A DNA stretch of 64,000 bases from Botryllus schlosseri (GCA_051294905.1 CM119382.1:11532001-11596000), one strand, 5' to 3'. Shown: positions 11,917 through 26,189, numbered from the stretch's first letter. Numbers and translations are program-made. The notes: generated by a model not told the origin, from the letters alone.

Positions 11917-13543
11917 TGTGTGAGTCAAATCATTTGGCGTGTCATGAAAAATCATCTCGCGTGCCACAATCCAAAAGTAGCACGCGTGCCAGGGGGTGCC
12001 GACCCCTGGTCTAGATCGCTGAAATGAATGATCGGTCTCAAGCTCGACTATAACTTTATAGTCTGGTCATGTAGTAACACGATGGATATGGCGATTGTCC
12101 TGCGGCCGTTGGCGTAGCCAGGGGAGGAAATGTAAGAAACTTTTCTCATAGCAAACGTATTTTAGTAGATATATTATTCAACCCGCAATTCTTCCTATGA
12201 AATTGAACTTCTCCAGTGAGTGGATAGAAATTACGCCCTTAATTGAAATTAAGCCACCTGTGTCAGAATCATTTACCTTTTATCACCCTAATTTAATCAC
12301 TGTCATTTTGGTTTGCTTATTTACGCGCTGCTGTGATTTATTCTCGCGCCGCACTAACAAAGTGACGCAATCGCAAATGTGTATCCAGTATAAGTCAGGG
12401 TTTACTAAATGAAAGGACGGTTCCCAGGCTATTATTCCAAATTTGTTAGAAATGAAAGTGACCAGATGCGTAATCAATTCGTGAGCGATTTGAATCAAAT
12501 TTCGGTAAATGAAACAAAGTATTGTGAAGAAATGAAGTCGTGTTTTAATTATTCGTCGGAAAGTCGATTTAAAAGAATTTTGTCTGATGAAATTTTTTCC
12601 CTTAAATTAGCCAGAATCGCCTCAAATTGTATTGTACAGCTGTTATTAGATCGCGATTAATCTGAAACACGTAACGGGATCTTCATATCCGCTCCGCTAT
12701 GTTATAGTTCGATATTATACATCGCATGCTTCGACATAAGAACCATCTACTTACATGTGATTATACATTTGTTTTTCAATCAATTAAGTTTAACCAGCCA
12801 AAGCGTGAGAATGTAAGTCGATGGCTAATAATACTCGTCGAATTTCCCCTGTAGATGCGTGGCATGCTGAAGTACTTAATTAATGTTCGGCGTTATGAGG
12901 TTTGATCTATTGTCACAGTGAAATGAAACGACTTGAGGGGTGATTCCGACACCGCAGCAATCGAATCCGCAGTATTTTGTACAGGCGTTATTTATCTGTA
13001 ATTTACTGATTTTACTGCCTATTGATCATTATAGAATCTAGGGCCCAATTGCGAATGCAAGCCTTCGAAATTTGGACTTCTCTTTTGCAAAAGAACCTCG
13101 CGTCTTACTATTTCGTCTCTTGAATAGTATATTCCTATGCATATGAGCCCGAATGTTTTCGGATGAAACTCATCAGAGGTAATCGTGAACGACTATCAGA
13201 GAATTTGAAAGTATATTGTATATCAGCAATCGTGTCACCAAGTATGACGCCACGGCACGAAATTTCGAACAATCGGAGCGAATAGATCGCATATGTTCAA
13301 TGCGTAGTAGACTTCTTCTGTTGGCACAGACTTGACTATTTCGTCACTGTTAAGACATTTTTTTTGAGAAATTTTGTACCATCTACGATCATAGATTTCT
13401 TCGCGCTTCAACTTCCAATTAGCTGCTATGCGCCCTGTATGCAAACGAATAACCGCGTGATCAAAACCAATCCTACGGTGTCGACCTATCCCATCGATCG
13501 TGGAAGTTGTTTTTAATGTAATTTATGTAGCGTATAATATAAT

Positions 13544-14842
13544 CAGAGGTGGTCAAAGTAGTCAAGACAGCTACTCAAGTAGAAGTAGAAGTAGCAACGG
13601 AAAAATCTACTCAAGTACGAGTAGAAGTACTTCTTCCATAAGCAACCTAAAACTGCTTGAAGTAGAAGTAGAATTGACTGACTCTAAATCTACTCAAGTA
13701 AGTAAGTAGTTGTGAAAACGATCGTAATTCGTTCACATGGACTGTCAAAAGCTGCAAATGGGGCTTTGCGGAAGTTGTATAGAGAGCTTCATTCATATTG
13801 ATGCATTCCAGGAGGTGTAAATTTTTGACAGAATAAGCTGTCGTCCACATCATGGCATTTAAATGATAGTGTTGATATGGAAATGCGATACTAATCCTTT
13901 GCACACTCGGTCACCCCATTTTAGAGAATATCATGGCATGGCGGATGGCGCCCTCCATCATATCATATGGCCCCTATAGTTCAGTCGAAGAGCAATACAG
14001 AGAAGTTGTGTCGGATACGGCTTTAACACTTTACGCGGTTAGTATACGGTAATTGAAAATATAGCAGATCGTAAAAATGCCATATAGTGTATTGCTTTTT
14101 ATTTCTGAAAATATAAGGCATTACTAAATTTGATTTTATACTTCAACATGTATGTTCTCCAAACAACAGAACGGAAACTATAATTGGAACTCAACGTCGA
14201 ATACTGGTAATTGAGAGAAAAATACAAATACTACTTCTAAAAAGTGGAAAATATATTTCATGTCTTTTGTCCAGAAAGTTTCAACGCCTGTTTGCTAAAG
14301 CAGGTCTAGCGTTAAAAAAAGTCAAATTCTACTTTTCCAGATTAGGACACGTCATGGGCTGCTAGGTATAATGGGTAATTGCTAGATTGCGAAACGGTAC
14401 TTTCAAACGTTATGGGGGGCCATACTTATGTGTTGAAATATTTGATATCTAGGCGACAATGCAGAACAACGAAATCACGCAACCCGATCTTCAAATTATA
14501 TTCAGCGATACTTTCGTTAAAACATATTTTTAACTAAACATATCTACTGTGACTAAAGCGCAACGAAAATTCTGGGTATTACATGACTTTTATGAAAATT
14601 AAATGTTGGTAGTACGTGAAAACAGCCCCGAAATTCCTCAGGCTATTTTTCTTATTGGGGGATTAAACTACTTCTACTTGACAAACTGAAAATAGCGAAA
14701 AGTAAGTAAGTGGTTCACAAAATATTACAAAGTAGAAGTAGAAGTAGCGGGGAAAAGATCTACTTGAGTAAGTACCAGAAGTAGAGGAAAACTACTTGAG
14801 TACTTCGAAAAAGTAGAAGCACTTCGTTACTGACCACCTCTG
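13544..14842. mobile_element. hAT MITE with AAGTAG arrays
   Basis: TIR CAGAGGTGGTCA / TGACCACCTCTG; perfect TSD AATATAAT. Relatives near 39190, 51100, 60353 and 61536. Confidence 0.92.
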
Positions 14843-15512
14843 AATATAATTCAGCGTACTGATTGAATTGCCGAGGCTGATTACTGATTATAGCTTGGTT
14901 ATGTAATATGCATCACAGTATCCGGCGTTAAAACATAACTTTGATTCTCTGTGCTTCAGATCCTTTCTGAATAAGCGAGATCGTATGGTGTAGCCAAGGC
15001 CCTATTTCTACATTGACATAGTAGCGTAAGTCACAATCCGTGACAAATTATTGTGAAAACATTTTGCAGCGACAAGATCTTCAGCCCATGACTAATCCCA
15101 TCATGATATGCTTTTCATTATCTGCAATATAACTATTGCTTTATTCGAGAAGGCAGTTAGAGAACTTATTCTAGTGTATATATTACGTTTACGTATAGTC
15201 TTTTTCAAACTCTTACAGGACCACGATCTGACATACAGACCTCGCCTATACCGACACACGCCACACTTATTTTCATCGCTTGTCCTTTTATGCTGTCCTT
15301 TATTTCGTTCCATCCAGTGTACACTTAGGCAATTAGTCATAGCTAGAGTGGGGCCAAGATGACCACGTTGTAAATTATGATGAAATATTTTAGGACAGAT
15401 ATCTTCAACTAGAAAATTCGCTTCGCGATATAGCCACTAATCATAGTCACTAGTTTTTTCTTGGTTTTAATGTCGGTACATCCTTCCGAAAGTCAATACG
15501 CATAATTTACAT

Positions 15513-16200
15513 CAGGGGTGGCCAACCTTTTCGGTCAAAGGGCTACATTACATTGTCGAGCTATCGCGTGGACCATTAGCCGCGCGAAGCGCGAAAATTC
15601 TACAAAGATTATAGGTCAATATTATGGCTACTTAAGTATATTCCAGGTCTGCTGTATGTTGCTGGGCTCAGTTTGCAAGTACTGGACTATTCGGCAAGTG
15701 GACATATCGATATCGAAAGCTTCGGCCAACATGCGTCGATCATTTTATGCCTATGTTTCATCGTCGACCGTCTTCCTGCGAGCGCAAACGCAAGGTCGCA
15801 TGTTGGACGACACTTTCTCTCGTAATTGCGATTTTAATTAGACTTAATCTGGCACTCTTTTCAGGACGGGTAACAATATAAAAAACAAGAAATCGAGTGA
15901 CAACATATTGCGGGAACGGAAAGAAAATTTTTACTTTAGATAAATCCACCGCAGAATATTCTGCTTTATTGTAATGTACGAAGATGTACCAAATTTTGAC
16001 TGAACCATGGATTCGGCAATGCGTCGGGATTGATATTTTAGTCGTCCCACCCCAAGTGTTGCGGCCAGACTAATCAATTTTTTGGTTGGCCAAGCAAGTT
16101 CACAATCTGAGCAATCCATTTTCGGTAATATTACTAATTTTTAAAATTACCGCGCGGGCCACTCAAAACCTTCTCGCGGGCCACGGGTTGGCCGGCCCTG
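15513..16200. mobile_element. hAT MITE
   Basis: TIR CAGGGGTGGCCAACC / GGTTGGCCGGCCCTG; perfect TSD ATTTACAT. Inverted sister copy at 51472-52170. Confidence 0.92.
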
Positions 16201-18005
16201 ATTTACATAATTGAGTCTGACTGTATTCGAAATTATGAGAGAACGGTATAGTCGTATAGAAACGCATGCGACTTTTGGGATGCTTTAGTCTAGGATTTTG
16301 CAGGGCCCTGCAGGGCCGTATAATATTTGGCACAGGGACTTCGGCGACAGTCATCTCCACGTCAGAACACATATTCACATATAGTTTCGGCGAACATGCG
16401 ACATCGCGAAATGCGCTCCCAGAAGGATTGACGGTGATAAAACGACAGAAAATAAGCGATGCATATGTTCGTTGGCCGAAGCCTTGGATATGTCCCCTCC
16501 ATACTCAGAAATTGCCGGCGCTGAATATAGTCCTGTCCTTGCAATCTGAACCTCGCGCTACAAATGCAATCCGTAGAGAAAAATATTGCACCCATGAAAT
16601 AGTGTGAATTTGGAATCGTATGCGTCTCACCAAAAGAGTTTTTCGTTTTGTTTGGTCTGGTATATGTGTTCGCGATTCCTATTTTAGGAGCAGTGCAAGG
16701 GTGTGTGTGTCTGTGGAATGTAGCCTACGCGACAATGAAATTTCCTTTGAAACTAGATGTAAAATGCGCACTGATTTTAGTACATTGATATCAGCAATTT
16801 ATGCTCGTTCGTGAATCGATCATAGAATGCAGGGGTGGGCAACCCGAGGCCGTAGAAGGAAATTTGTGAGGCCGTGGACACGTCACTCAATTAGTATATG
16901 CTGGCTGCCGTCGACATGAAAATTGAATTTACGAATTGACACCCGAATATTTGAGAGATTTAATTGATATTGAAATTTTCTTCGCGCTGGGCGCGATTCA
17001 ATGCGACTTTATTTTTTGATTAGCGCACTTTGCAATATGAGTACAGATACGAACTGCGGAGGAAAATGATGCACCCCATATAGAAATGCCAACTTGGAAT
17101 CGTGTGCTCCTCACGAAAGAAATTTGTTTCCGGTACGTTTGGAAGATTCTAATATCTTACCACTATACCGAAAATCCTGATGGGATGTCAAGAAATAACA
17201 GCATGCAACAAGTGACTATGAACAATTGGCCCGCCGGAATATGCATCATCATTTATAACTTGCCCTAAATTTTCGAGAACACTCCCTTCATCAACTGTGC
17301 CGGTGAATCTGATCACATGGGCTGAGAAGTGATAAATATTTGATAGCACGGTAGCATCTGAAACTACTAATAATAATGACAGAATTTATTCGTGAATCCT
17401 AAAAAATTTTCGCGTTTTGGTGCGGCCATAACCACTCCCGGTAATTCTTCATTGCACGACCACTAGCGATTTAGATGTGTATAGTAATAGACGACATGAA
17501 AACGTAGATCAGTCCGGTGTTCACCGGTAATGAACATGGACGGTTTAACATGAATATTTGGTGTTCAGTTATAGTTCATTGCGACTAATTCCTGGAATGC
17601 GGCCGTAGGCTACACAAGTAATCGAAATGCGGCGGTGAATAGCAAAATGGTTGTCCACCCCTGATCTACTTTCTTTGTTTGCTACGGATGGGGTATGTGT
17701 GTGCGACTGTGCGTCTATGAAACTTTAGGGTAGTGATAAAAATGCCCTAAGAGGGAAGGACGGATCTGGAGGACGTTTCCGTGCGAGAGGGGAGTTCCCT
17801 AAACTTATGAAGAATTGACGCTCATGAATGCACAGTCGGGCTCTTCAAAAATGACTTTTTTTCTCAAATCGTATCCTTTCATTGTATCTCGCTGTTGTGG
17901 TGTATTGATCTTAGACTGAAACTATCATTCTGGCCACGTCCCTGCTCAGAAACTGTAAATATTGTGTTGTAACTTGGCGAGTACGATGCATGGCGTTGCA
18001 ACTTA

Positions 18006-18011
18006 TTTATT
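18006..18011 (-). terminator. Candidate polyadenylation signal of Ripply
   Basis: AATAAA on the minus strand about 55 nt after the stop codon. Confidence 0.5.
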
Positions 18012-18064
18012 AACACATATAAAAATAGCTTGAAATATGGAATGTGAGAAGAAAAGAATGGATT

Positions 18065-18251
18065 TCAGTTCATAACCGATGTACATTGTTGCGAAATCAA
18101 GAATTGTCGGTAATGCGATTGAATTAGTTTGTCTTCCAGTCCGTCTTGATCGTCGTAGAAATCGATCGCTGCTTGAACAGGAAACGAATGAAGAAGTTGC
18201 TGAGCGTCCCTGTACTTGAAGTCGAAAGCTTGACTTCTGGGCCACATTAAC
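18065..18251 (-). CDS. Ripply: Ripply, exon 2 (Ripply/BDLC domain)
   Basis: Acceptor TTGTCAG|G. Encodes (R)LMWPRSQAFDFKYRDAQQLLHSFPVQAAIDFYDD..., matching Ripply consensus PVRLFWPKS..YDYLY..AE.LL.NFP.QATI.FYED. Confidence 0.93.
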
Positions 18252-18934
18252 CTGACAATTCAAAAAGTTATCAGTTAATATACAATGTCACATACACAGA
18301 TTACTTCACAATCTGTGCGATATTTTAAAATAAGCTTAGTTTTGAATCTGTAATCTTGTAATGAATTTGTTATAAAGTATCCAGCGATAGAGAGAATTGT
18401 GGTAAGATGAATTCTTCTATATACCGTTGTAATGGCGATTGCTAATTCGTAATTCTGGCTATTCGTGTGGCAGTTTTAGAGACATGTAGGCTAACCACTG
18501 GCGTCTTATCAACAAAACTCGAATATACGTACTCGTTTGCGGACAGAGTGGACTTATAGGGGCTTTGACCCTGACGTTAACATGATTACTTCAGGTTTTA
18601 TCCCGCAGTGATTAAGACTATATAGGTATATATAACAATTTTGCTTGCTTATGCTTACTAGAGTTCAGGCTCTATTATGGGTGCTACAGCATCTGTGGAA
18701 ATGGCTATATTGCATCTATAGGCCCAACATCGCCATGGCTACCTTGCCAGTTTTGCGTCAACGTTACTGATACATACTGAGTTTCCGAGAGGTATGGGAT
18801 ACCCGATATTCCGATAACACCATTTCACAGCGACAATTGACTTATCAGCGTACATCTATAATTTTCCGTAGTTTGCGAACAAAATTCCAGAACTCAGCAA
18901 ACTCCAGCAACAAACTCCAGCAAGCGGTGTATAC

Positions 18935-19560
18935 CTGACTGGCTGCTTGAACGATTTCAAAAATTCCGGTGACCTAGTGTCCCAAGTTGTAACTGTCGGC
19001 GAAGACGGTGCTATTTTCCCCGATGACGTCACCTCCGTCATCAATTCCCCTGGCTCTGTAGTTCCTTTCGATATCTCTTGCCCGGAAGGAATACTGGGCG
19101 CCATCGAAACGAATTCAGATGCCACTGGGTGTTTGTTACCCTTCGAGTGTTTATGGAGGCGGATGTGTGAGATTCCAACTGCTTCTGTCCTGGCGGAATC
19201 GCGGATGCCTGTCTTGGTTTCGGTATCATGTGCTGTATCCACCCACGGTCGCCAGAACAGTCTTGTGTTACCGGTCGGGCATGACTCGATATCAGGAACC
19301 CTTTGATCATCTGAAAGTCTTTTTGTAGTTCGGACAACTGGCCGATGCGCCGGATTTTTATTTATCTCATATTTCGTCGATGGAGGTAAAATTCCGTACT
19401 TAACAAAGTTTTCCAACATAATCCTATCCCGTTCGCGGTTGCTTTTGGATTTTCGCCCGTCTTTTCTGCTTCGCTTGGGCCGGCCTAAATCTGCGATTAC
19501 TGTACCCGATTTTCTTTTCTTTGTTGGGGCCGGCGGCGTGTGAGCGTAGTTTTCTGGCAT
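18935..19560 (-). CDS. Ripply: Ripply, exon 1 (basic NLS-like clusters, internal WRPW)
   Basis: First in-frame ATG at 19560; LFWRPWVD with WRPW at 19243-19254; ends SFKQPV-AG|GTATAC, a phase-2 donor. The start codon is less certain than the rest. Confidence 0.88.
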
Positions 19561-22500
19561 AATGTATTTCACTATCGGTAGCAATAATTCCAAATCCTCG
19601 TATACTATGAATTCTGAAATTAGACGGAATTGGTAAACAGGATCGTCCAAAGGATGATGGTTATTGTCATCAAATTACTCCTATCAACTGCTATTTGTAG
19701 CAGCTTGTATCTCATATTTTGTTAGTGATTTTGTCATTCAGCGTCTTAGAACAGATAACGAGATTCAGAAACAATATATGCTTGAGTTTGTACCCAATTT
19801 ATCGATTTTTAACTGCATCTCTTATCGATATCGCCAATTCTGCGACATCAGTCCCCATTAGCACACATCTTAGCTTACATACATGCATACATGCATGGCT
19901 CCTCAGCGTTTGCTTTTTTCTGATTGCTAGCGACATGCGAAAAGTATACTGTATCGTGTTCGAAGGCCCAAACAACATTACACCGTGAACATCTGAATAA
20001 CTACAAGCTTTTCACGGAGATATTTGCCTCGACAATTGTAGATATATTACAACATCCGCCGAACATAAAGATCTTTCTTATCGTTCTACAGTTGCCTTGA
20101 CGGGATTTTATATACCGCCGCCATACCTTTTCCTTTTTTTTCTACTACGGTCACAAAACCGGCGGTCTAATAATAATAGCCGCGGAACCGAGGTATAAGG
20201 AGTACGCACAGCGGTATCAGAATTAAGTATCACGGGCGGCGAAGAAGAATCGGCGGTATTGATAATGGCTAGATTATCGCCTACTATTATTTCTAATCCT
20301 CACTCATAGACCTAAAATTGATGACTTCGACCATGTCGAAAATGGGCTGCGAGCACAAGGAGCAGCGGTTACAATTATACTCTGAACGACTAACTTACAC
20401 GAATTTCGTGATGGTGTGGTCTACCGGGAGCAATTGTGGTAAGAATTTGGACAACTTATCAGTGAAGGGAGCGATTCCTTCGAAATTTGCCCGCTCAATT
20501 TTGAAGTAGCCTTGCAAATGTCAGTGTTGGGAACAATTCACAACTCATATCGAGTCGTTGTACGGAGTCAATTCAAGCCTCTCGATATTTGAAGGTGATT
20601 TGAGTCAAGCAAGTCAGGTCAAGTCTAATTTTCGTAGTACGAGACACACGACTCAAGTCATTGTATTGTCCAAGATATACAGATTTGCTTTTCATTTATT
20701 ATGAATCGAGTAACGATTAATTATCACGCATAGGTAGAACTGCAAAAGTGCACAGGTAACTATATATTCTCTGTCTATAATTATAAATAATTGATAATAT
20801 TATCAGCTAAAATAAGAGGTTAGAATACGAAACCTTAGAAAGTTGAAGAACGAATTGATACTATGCAATACACAAAACCACCTGTCTATAAGACACAATT
20901 GAAGTCTGAACCCATTAGTGACAAATGAGAGAAGTTAACTAATAACTTATAAACTAGATCTGATTGATTTGAATTAATACGTTTGAGTCAATACGTTGGT
21001 TAGCACGTAGCAGTCTCTAGAATAGAAATAGAATAGAAATGCATTGCTACAGAAAGATTACTATACTTGTAAAAGATAACATATAAGAGGTGCTCAAACC
21101 GGGGTTTACGTACCCGCAGGGATACACAAGGAATTTTCTGCAACAGCGATTCTAACGTTCATGTGACAAGCGACAAAATGTATAAGCTTGCCAAATGTAG
21201 CGTTTTAAGGCTTAAACCAACATACGTTTAGATTGCCAGGTACCGTTATTTACCAATAGGCCGATTACAAAATACACACCATCTCAGTACTTGTTTTCCA
21301 ATATTCGTCCTAATGATGGTGTAACGTCAATTCCTCCTTCCTACACCCTCTATATTCCTACACATGTGGTGGAAATATGGTGTAAAAATGAGGAACCGCG
21401 TGCAATTGCTCCATTTTACCTCATTTACCCGCCTTTGAAGGCTAATATCGATGTTTTCTATATACATTAGTGTTGGTGACGGCACTATAATAACATCTCT
21501 AACTCCATGCACTTTCGAACATGAATTCGGCGGAAATAATTTTTGATGAGCAGTCTTTTACTATAGATTATAGAATAATGATTTTTGAGGCCATATACGA
21601 ACAATTTTATTCTAGCGATCATCCATGACGTATATGCACCTGTTCTGTTCTGTGTACAGTGTACACTGTAGCACAACATGTGCCATAATTGCTTCAATAA
21701 TTCCCAGTATAGAGCCTGCCAATTACTGTATGGTCTCACCGCCGTGTGTAACAGAAGAGAAATTCCTGGGATGCTGGACGTAATTATATGATTCGATTCC
21801 GATCGGAGATAAGCTGGAAAATAGATTTTAGACCCAAGAAAAGACCGAATCCGTGGTGCTCGGCTCTACGTCCGGTAGATGCAACAGGTGTCTGATTCTA
21901 TTCAGGGTGAACGAATTGCTCCTTAAAATTAATATATACCCAAGGCTATCTATTTTAACCTAATGATTGTAAAAATATCTTTTAGGAATCCCTGACAGAA
22001 CTACTTAATTTTAGGATAATTGATTAAATAGTAAATAGTCTTTGTGAGGCAATTAATATAGACCGGGAGGGCGGTCGATGGACGTATTGCCAGTTAATCG
22101 CTTTTCGGAATTTCTAACCCGCTGTTTTCCGTTCCTCAAACGGATACGTAATCTCGAAAAGCATATAGCATTGGCTACTTATCATATGAAATATCCAAAA
22201 TAACACTTTTGTACCATTTTGGTCGGTCAATGACGTCGGGCAAGGAAATGATTAGAATCTAACTAATTAATTATAAAAACTCTTTGCTTTGTCATTATAC
22301 TGATAATTACACCTCTTTTGACAAGGCGTAAAGAGGCATGATTGTCGGAAACTACCCGTCTATAGATCATATTTCTCAAGTGCTCCTATTGTTGAGGTAA
22401 GCGTGACAGCACCTAAACGACGAAGCCGGCCGTCCGATTCTTTGACTCGCCGGCAGCTTTGTTCTATGAAATTAAAAGTCAATGACAAGTCTTTTCTCGC

Positions 22501-23452
22501 GCATGGTCGATTGGGCTATGATGTTATTATAATGACTTTGCACAACACCTTGACTAATATTTAACATCGTAATTAGATTTATTTAGAAAGGCAAACCAAT
22601 ATTACTGAAATCGATCAAAGTTGCCGTTATCTTTCATGTGGTAAAACTTCAAGTATAATGTAGCAGTCTAATGTAACACCCTGAACGAAAATTGGGCCCT
22701 TATACGATATCACCATGCGTGCATTGCACAATTCATCAACATGTACGCGCGGTTAAATGCAGTTGGCGACAAAAGTACATGTAGATATAGCCTGCGAATA
22801 AATATTATTATTCGTCATAGTAATAATTTTCAAATGTTTCTTCCCGTATTCCCCCATATGATGCTCACCTAATAGTATTAGTATTGCTCTAACGCAATCA
22901 TTTTATGCCTTTAAATGGTGCTACCTCTGGTATTTACGGATTTGTTTATAATTGACAAAATCTAGGTCCGAAATTTACCGTACATGTCCGGAATTTCACT
23001 GTAAAAAGTGCGTCCGGGAGGAAATTAAAAATAAGCCCAAATGCCCGGAATTTGAAAGGCTTGAAGTAGACTCAAAAGTTTTTTCGTAAATCAACATGGC
23101 CAATATTATTTTCGAGCAGATTTATGCTATTCGAAATTTTTCCGCGCGCGAGTTAATGCAACGTATGTTGATATTAATATAGGACCAGGCAACGCCCTCG
23201 CAAAAAATGCAATCAAAAATAAGTATAAATAATCATCATTTGCTGAAATAAGTCTGAATGTGATCGCAATTATAAGCTTACGGTATATTCCTAGAGCTGG
23301 TTAAGGCTGATTGGATGTTTCAGTCACAGACAGTGGTTCCAAATCTTGGGGTCGTTTGCCTTCATCTGGGGATCAAGAAGAGGTTGGACGAAATCAGCTT
23401 GCAAAATAGGCCGTGAGTAAGTCTGGGCAATCAGAATTCTTATAGTAATCAG

Positions 23453-24337
23453 TAGGGCAATTTTTTGAGAAATGTCAAAAACAGTCAAAATTAGGTCAAA
23501 ATTGTAGCGTTAGGTCAAAAAATGTCAAAATTGTAAACAAAGTAAAAAAAGTGTTACAACCAGCATTTCGTTTGTATCGAAGATTTCGCGCTGTCGGCGA
23601 ACTCATCATTTGACATTTTGCAGCGTGTAGCCTACTTTAGAGGCCTACAGTTGTAGACGGCCCATAGCCTGCTCATTGTGAATCATAAACATTCAAATAA
23701 ACAAATAGGTTAACATGGTGTTATGCTCAACGTACCGCAATTTCCTATTTGAAGCAAAACTGCGTGGCCATCGCCTAGTTTTTATATCAAGAAGCGCATG
23801 ATGAAAAATTGTGATGCAGACGCCATTGTCAGAATGAAGAAACACGGTGTGTCACCAGCGGTGTACGCACGCACAACTTTAGTGTTGTCAGCCAACAACT
23901 GCTACTCTTGAACGTTCTTTCTCCATTCTTGGCTATAGCATACTTAGTAAGGACAGACACTTTCTACCCGAGAATATAGGAGAGTATCTTTCGTTGTACT
24001 GAACAGATTTTAACTATTTCTACCGTAATACGTGATGTAACTATACTGGAATTCTTCAGAGCCAGGCTTCGTTAAAATCAATTTTTTTCATGAAAATATT
24101 TGTCAGTTTTTTGGTCAAAAAAGTTTTTTCAGGCCAAACTACTTCGTAAGGACAGATATAGTTCGAACCAGGAATGATGATACGTAGTAAAATTCTAACA
24201 TTATGTGGGAATACACCTAATTTGCATACATTATGTCGAAAATTGGTCGAAATTAAGATTTTTAAGATCAACAAATGTCTAAATTTTGATTTTATAGGTC
24301 AAAATCATCCGTTTTTAGGTAAAAAAAAATTGCCCTA
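23453..24337 (+). mobile_element. hAT deletion derivative retaining a transposase C-terminal remnant
   Basis: TIR TAGGGCAATTTTT; TSD GTAATCAG / GTGATCAG; internal sequence shared with 31647, 59005 and 60853 copies. Confidence 0.88.
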
Positions 24338-24641
24338 GTGATCAGTTGATCAAATTTTGAGCTGAGCGGGCCACGGAATATTTTCAAATTTTAAATGAGG
24401 TCGCGACCATGGTTGGAAATCACCGGATGTGCAGGCTGCTGGTGCATTTCATAGTATATATGGAAGAATCAATATTATTGATAGAATTCATTCATGAAAT
24501 TCAACAACCAGATGCATTTAGCAAGTGCCCAATAAGTTACACCGATTACCGTATGGTGAGGCTAAAGATCAGTGCTTTTTCGGGCGGAACGGGGCTGAAA
24601 ATATGATGTTTCGGATCTGGTTACAGCACACAACCGGATAG

Positions 24642-25055
24642 CAGAGATGAGCATGGATTAGGATTAGGTTTTGAAAAAACAGGATTTGTGAAATTTTGTC
24701 GGATTTGGATTGGATCTGGATTAGATATTTTTTTCAGAACGGATTAGGATTTGGATTGGATTGACCTATTTTCTGGGAGATTGAAATGTCGTGTGGCGAA
24801 TGGCGACAAACTTTATTCAGATCAGTTAACCCTTTTAAAATCTGCACTTTTCACCGAATTTGAATCGGTTTGCTAAAATTGCGATTAATAATGTACTTAA
24901 GGTCACTAAGTTATCTTGAATCAAGTGAATCGTTGGTTCTGAAAGAAAATTTTCGAATCCCTCCATTGCATAAATTAATATTTTTTCTGAATTTCCAGTT
25001 GGAATCGGATTAGGATTGGATATGGACATAGCAATTTCAAATCCGCTCATCTCTG
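24642..25055. mobile_element. hAT MITE with GGATT(A/T)GGA arrays
   Basis: TIR CAGAGATGAGC / GCTCATCTCTG; perfect TSD CCGGATAG. Confidence 0.92.
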
Positions 25056-26189
25056 CCGGATAGCGGCACCGACTTAACAGTATAGCAGGGCTGTCAAACA
25101 CAATCCCGACAGGCCAGACACGGCCCGCAAGACGATTTCATCCGCCCCGTGAATGAATCTATTGCAGACCCTAGCAAGAAGCAATCACCAGAGCTCACAT
25201 TACAGATTGTCCAATTCATGACCATACTTTCCACTCCATTCCGTATGAAGACGATGGGCAAAGCTTTATTGCCAGTGTGACGTCATATTGACCGACTATG
25301 TGTTTTACCTCATTTTAAACTCCGCTAGTTGGCGCTAACGAATCACCCGAATTTTCTTCACAAAAATGTGGTAACCCTCATATAATCGTAAAAGTAGTAA
25401 GTTCGCATAGAGTATATTTGAATGTGGGCGAACTGCATATCTCGAACAAAGGAATGCAACATGCAAAGAGCATACTATTATGGCCATGAGCAAGTTGTGG
25501 TTTGATTTTCTAAACAACAAAGTGGAAACATCCGCAAGCCGCAAAGAGATTGAAACTGACATTTGATGACATGTATTTGAATTGACTCTCTTGAAGCAAC
25601 GTAAACCGTGGCCGCCTTTTACACCATACAGTACTCGTGCACTCTTCACATCATGGTTAGCAAAGCGGTAATTACGATGCCATCATTTCCGCAGATAGGC
25701 TATTTTATCATTTGCTTTAATCCCCACTAACTGCATGGACGACAAGTATAATCTATGCTAAAATATGGCTTCCATGGATCTGCTACGGAAGTAGCCCAGT
25801 TTCGAATAGCTAATCTGACCTGAGATATTCATTGGCCGAACCAAAAGTCTGGACTAGGAGCCTGGTTCCAAACAATCATCGCTTCAAATTCATATTCACC
25901 GAACACAATCGAGTAGAAAAACATCTGTACAGCATATCTTATCGTTTTTCCGCTAAAAAGTGTGGATGTATATCATCTCGCTTTATAATTGTCCTGATTT
26001 GGAACCCTATCATTATCGAGACAGCGAGTACTCGAATTAGTTGAAACGCCACTGAATCATGCTTCTCCTCCATTACGGTACAAATTCACACTGCAAAAAT
26101 TCTTGCCATTCACGAGATAGCTGGCATGCCGAGTTTTACCACCAATGTTTATCTAACCAAAACCAAGTCAAGTGCATGACTGTGTAGTG

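Noticed and set aside
15108-15362. LLQDHDLTY resembling the peroxidase DHD motif
   Set aside because: No surrounding peroxidase similarity; chance match.
18856-18934. C-terminal part (YTPLAGVCCW...) and TTG start of supplied ORF 18856-19650
   Set aside because: The frame reads through the AG|GTATAC donor into the intron; the real continuation is the Ripply-domain exon at 18251. The upstream TTG is not a eukaryotic start.
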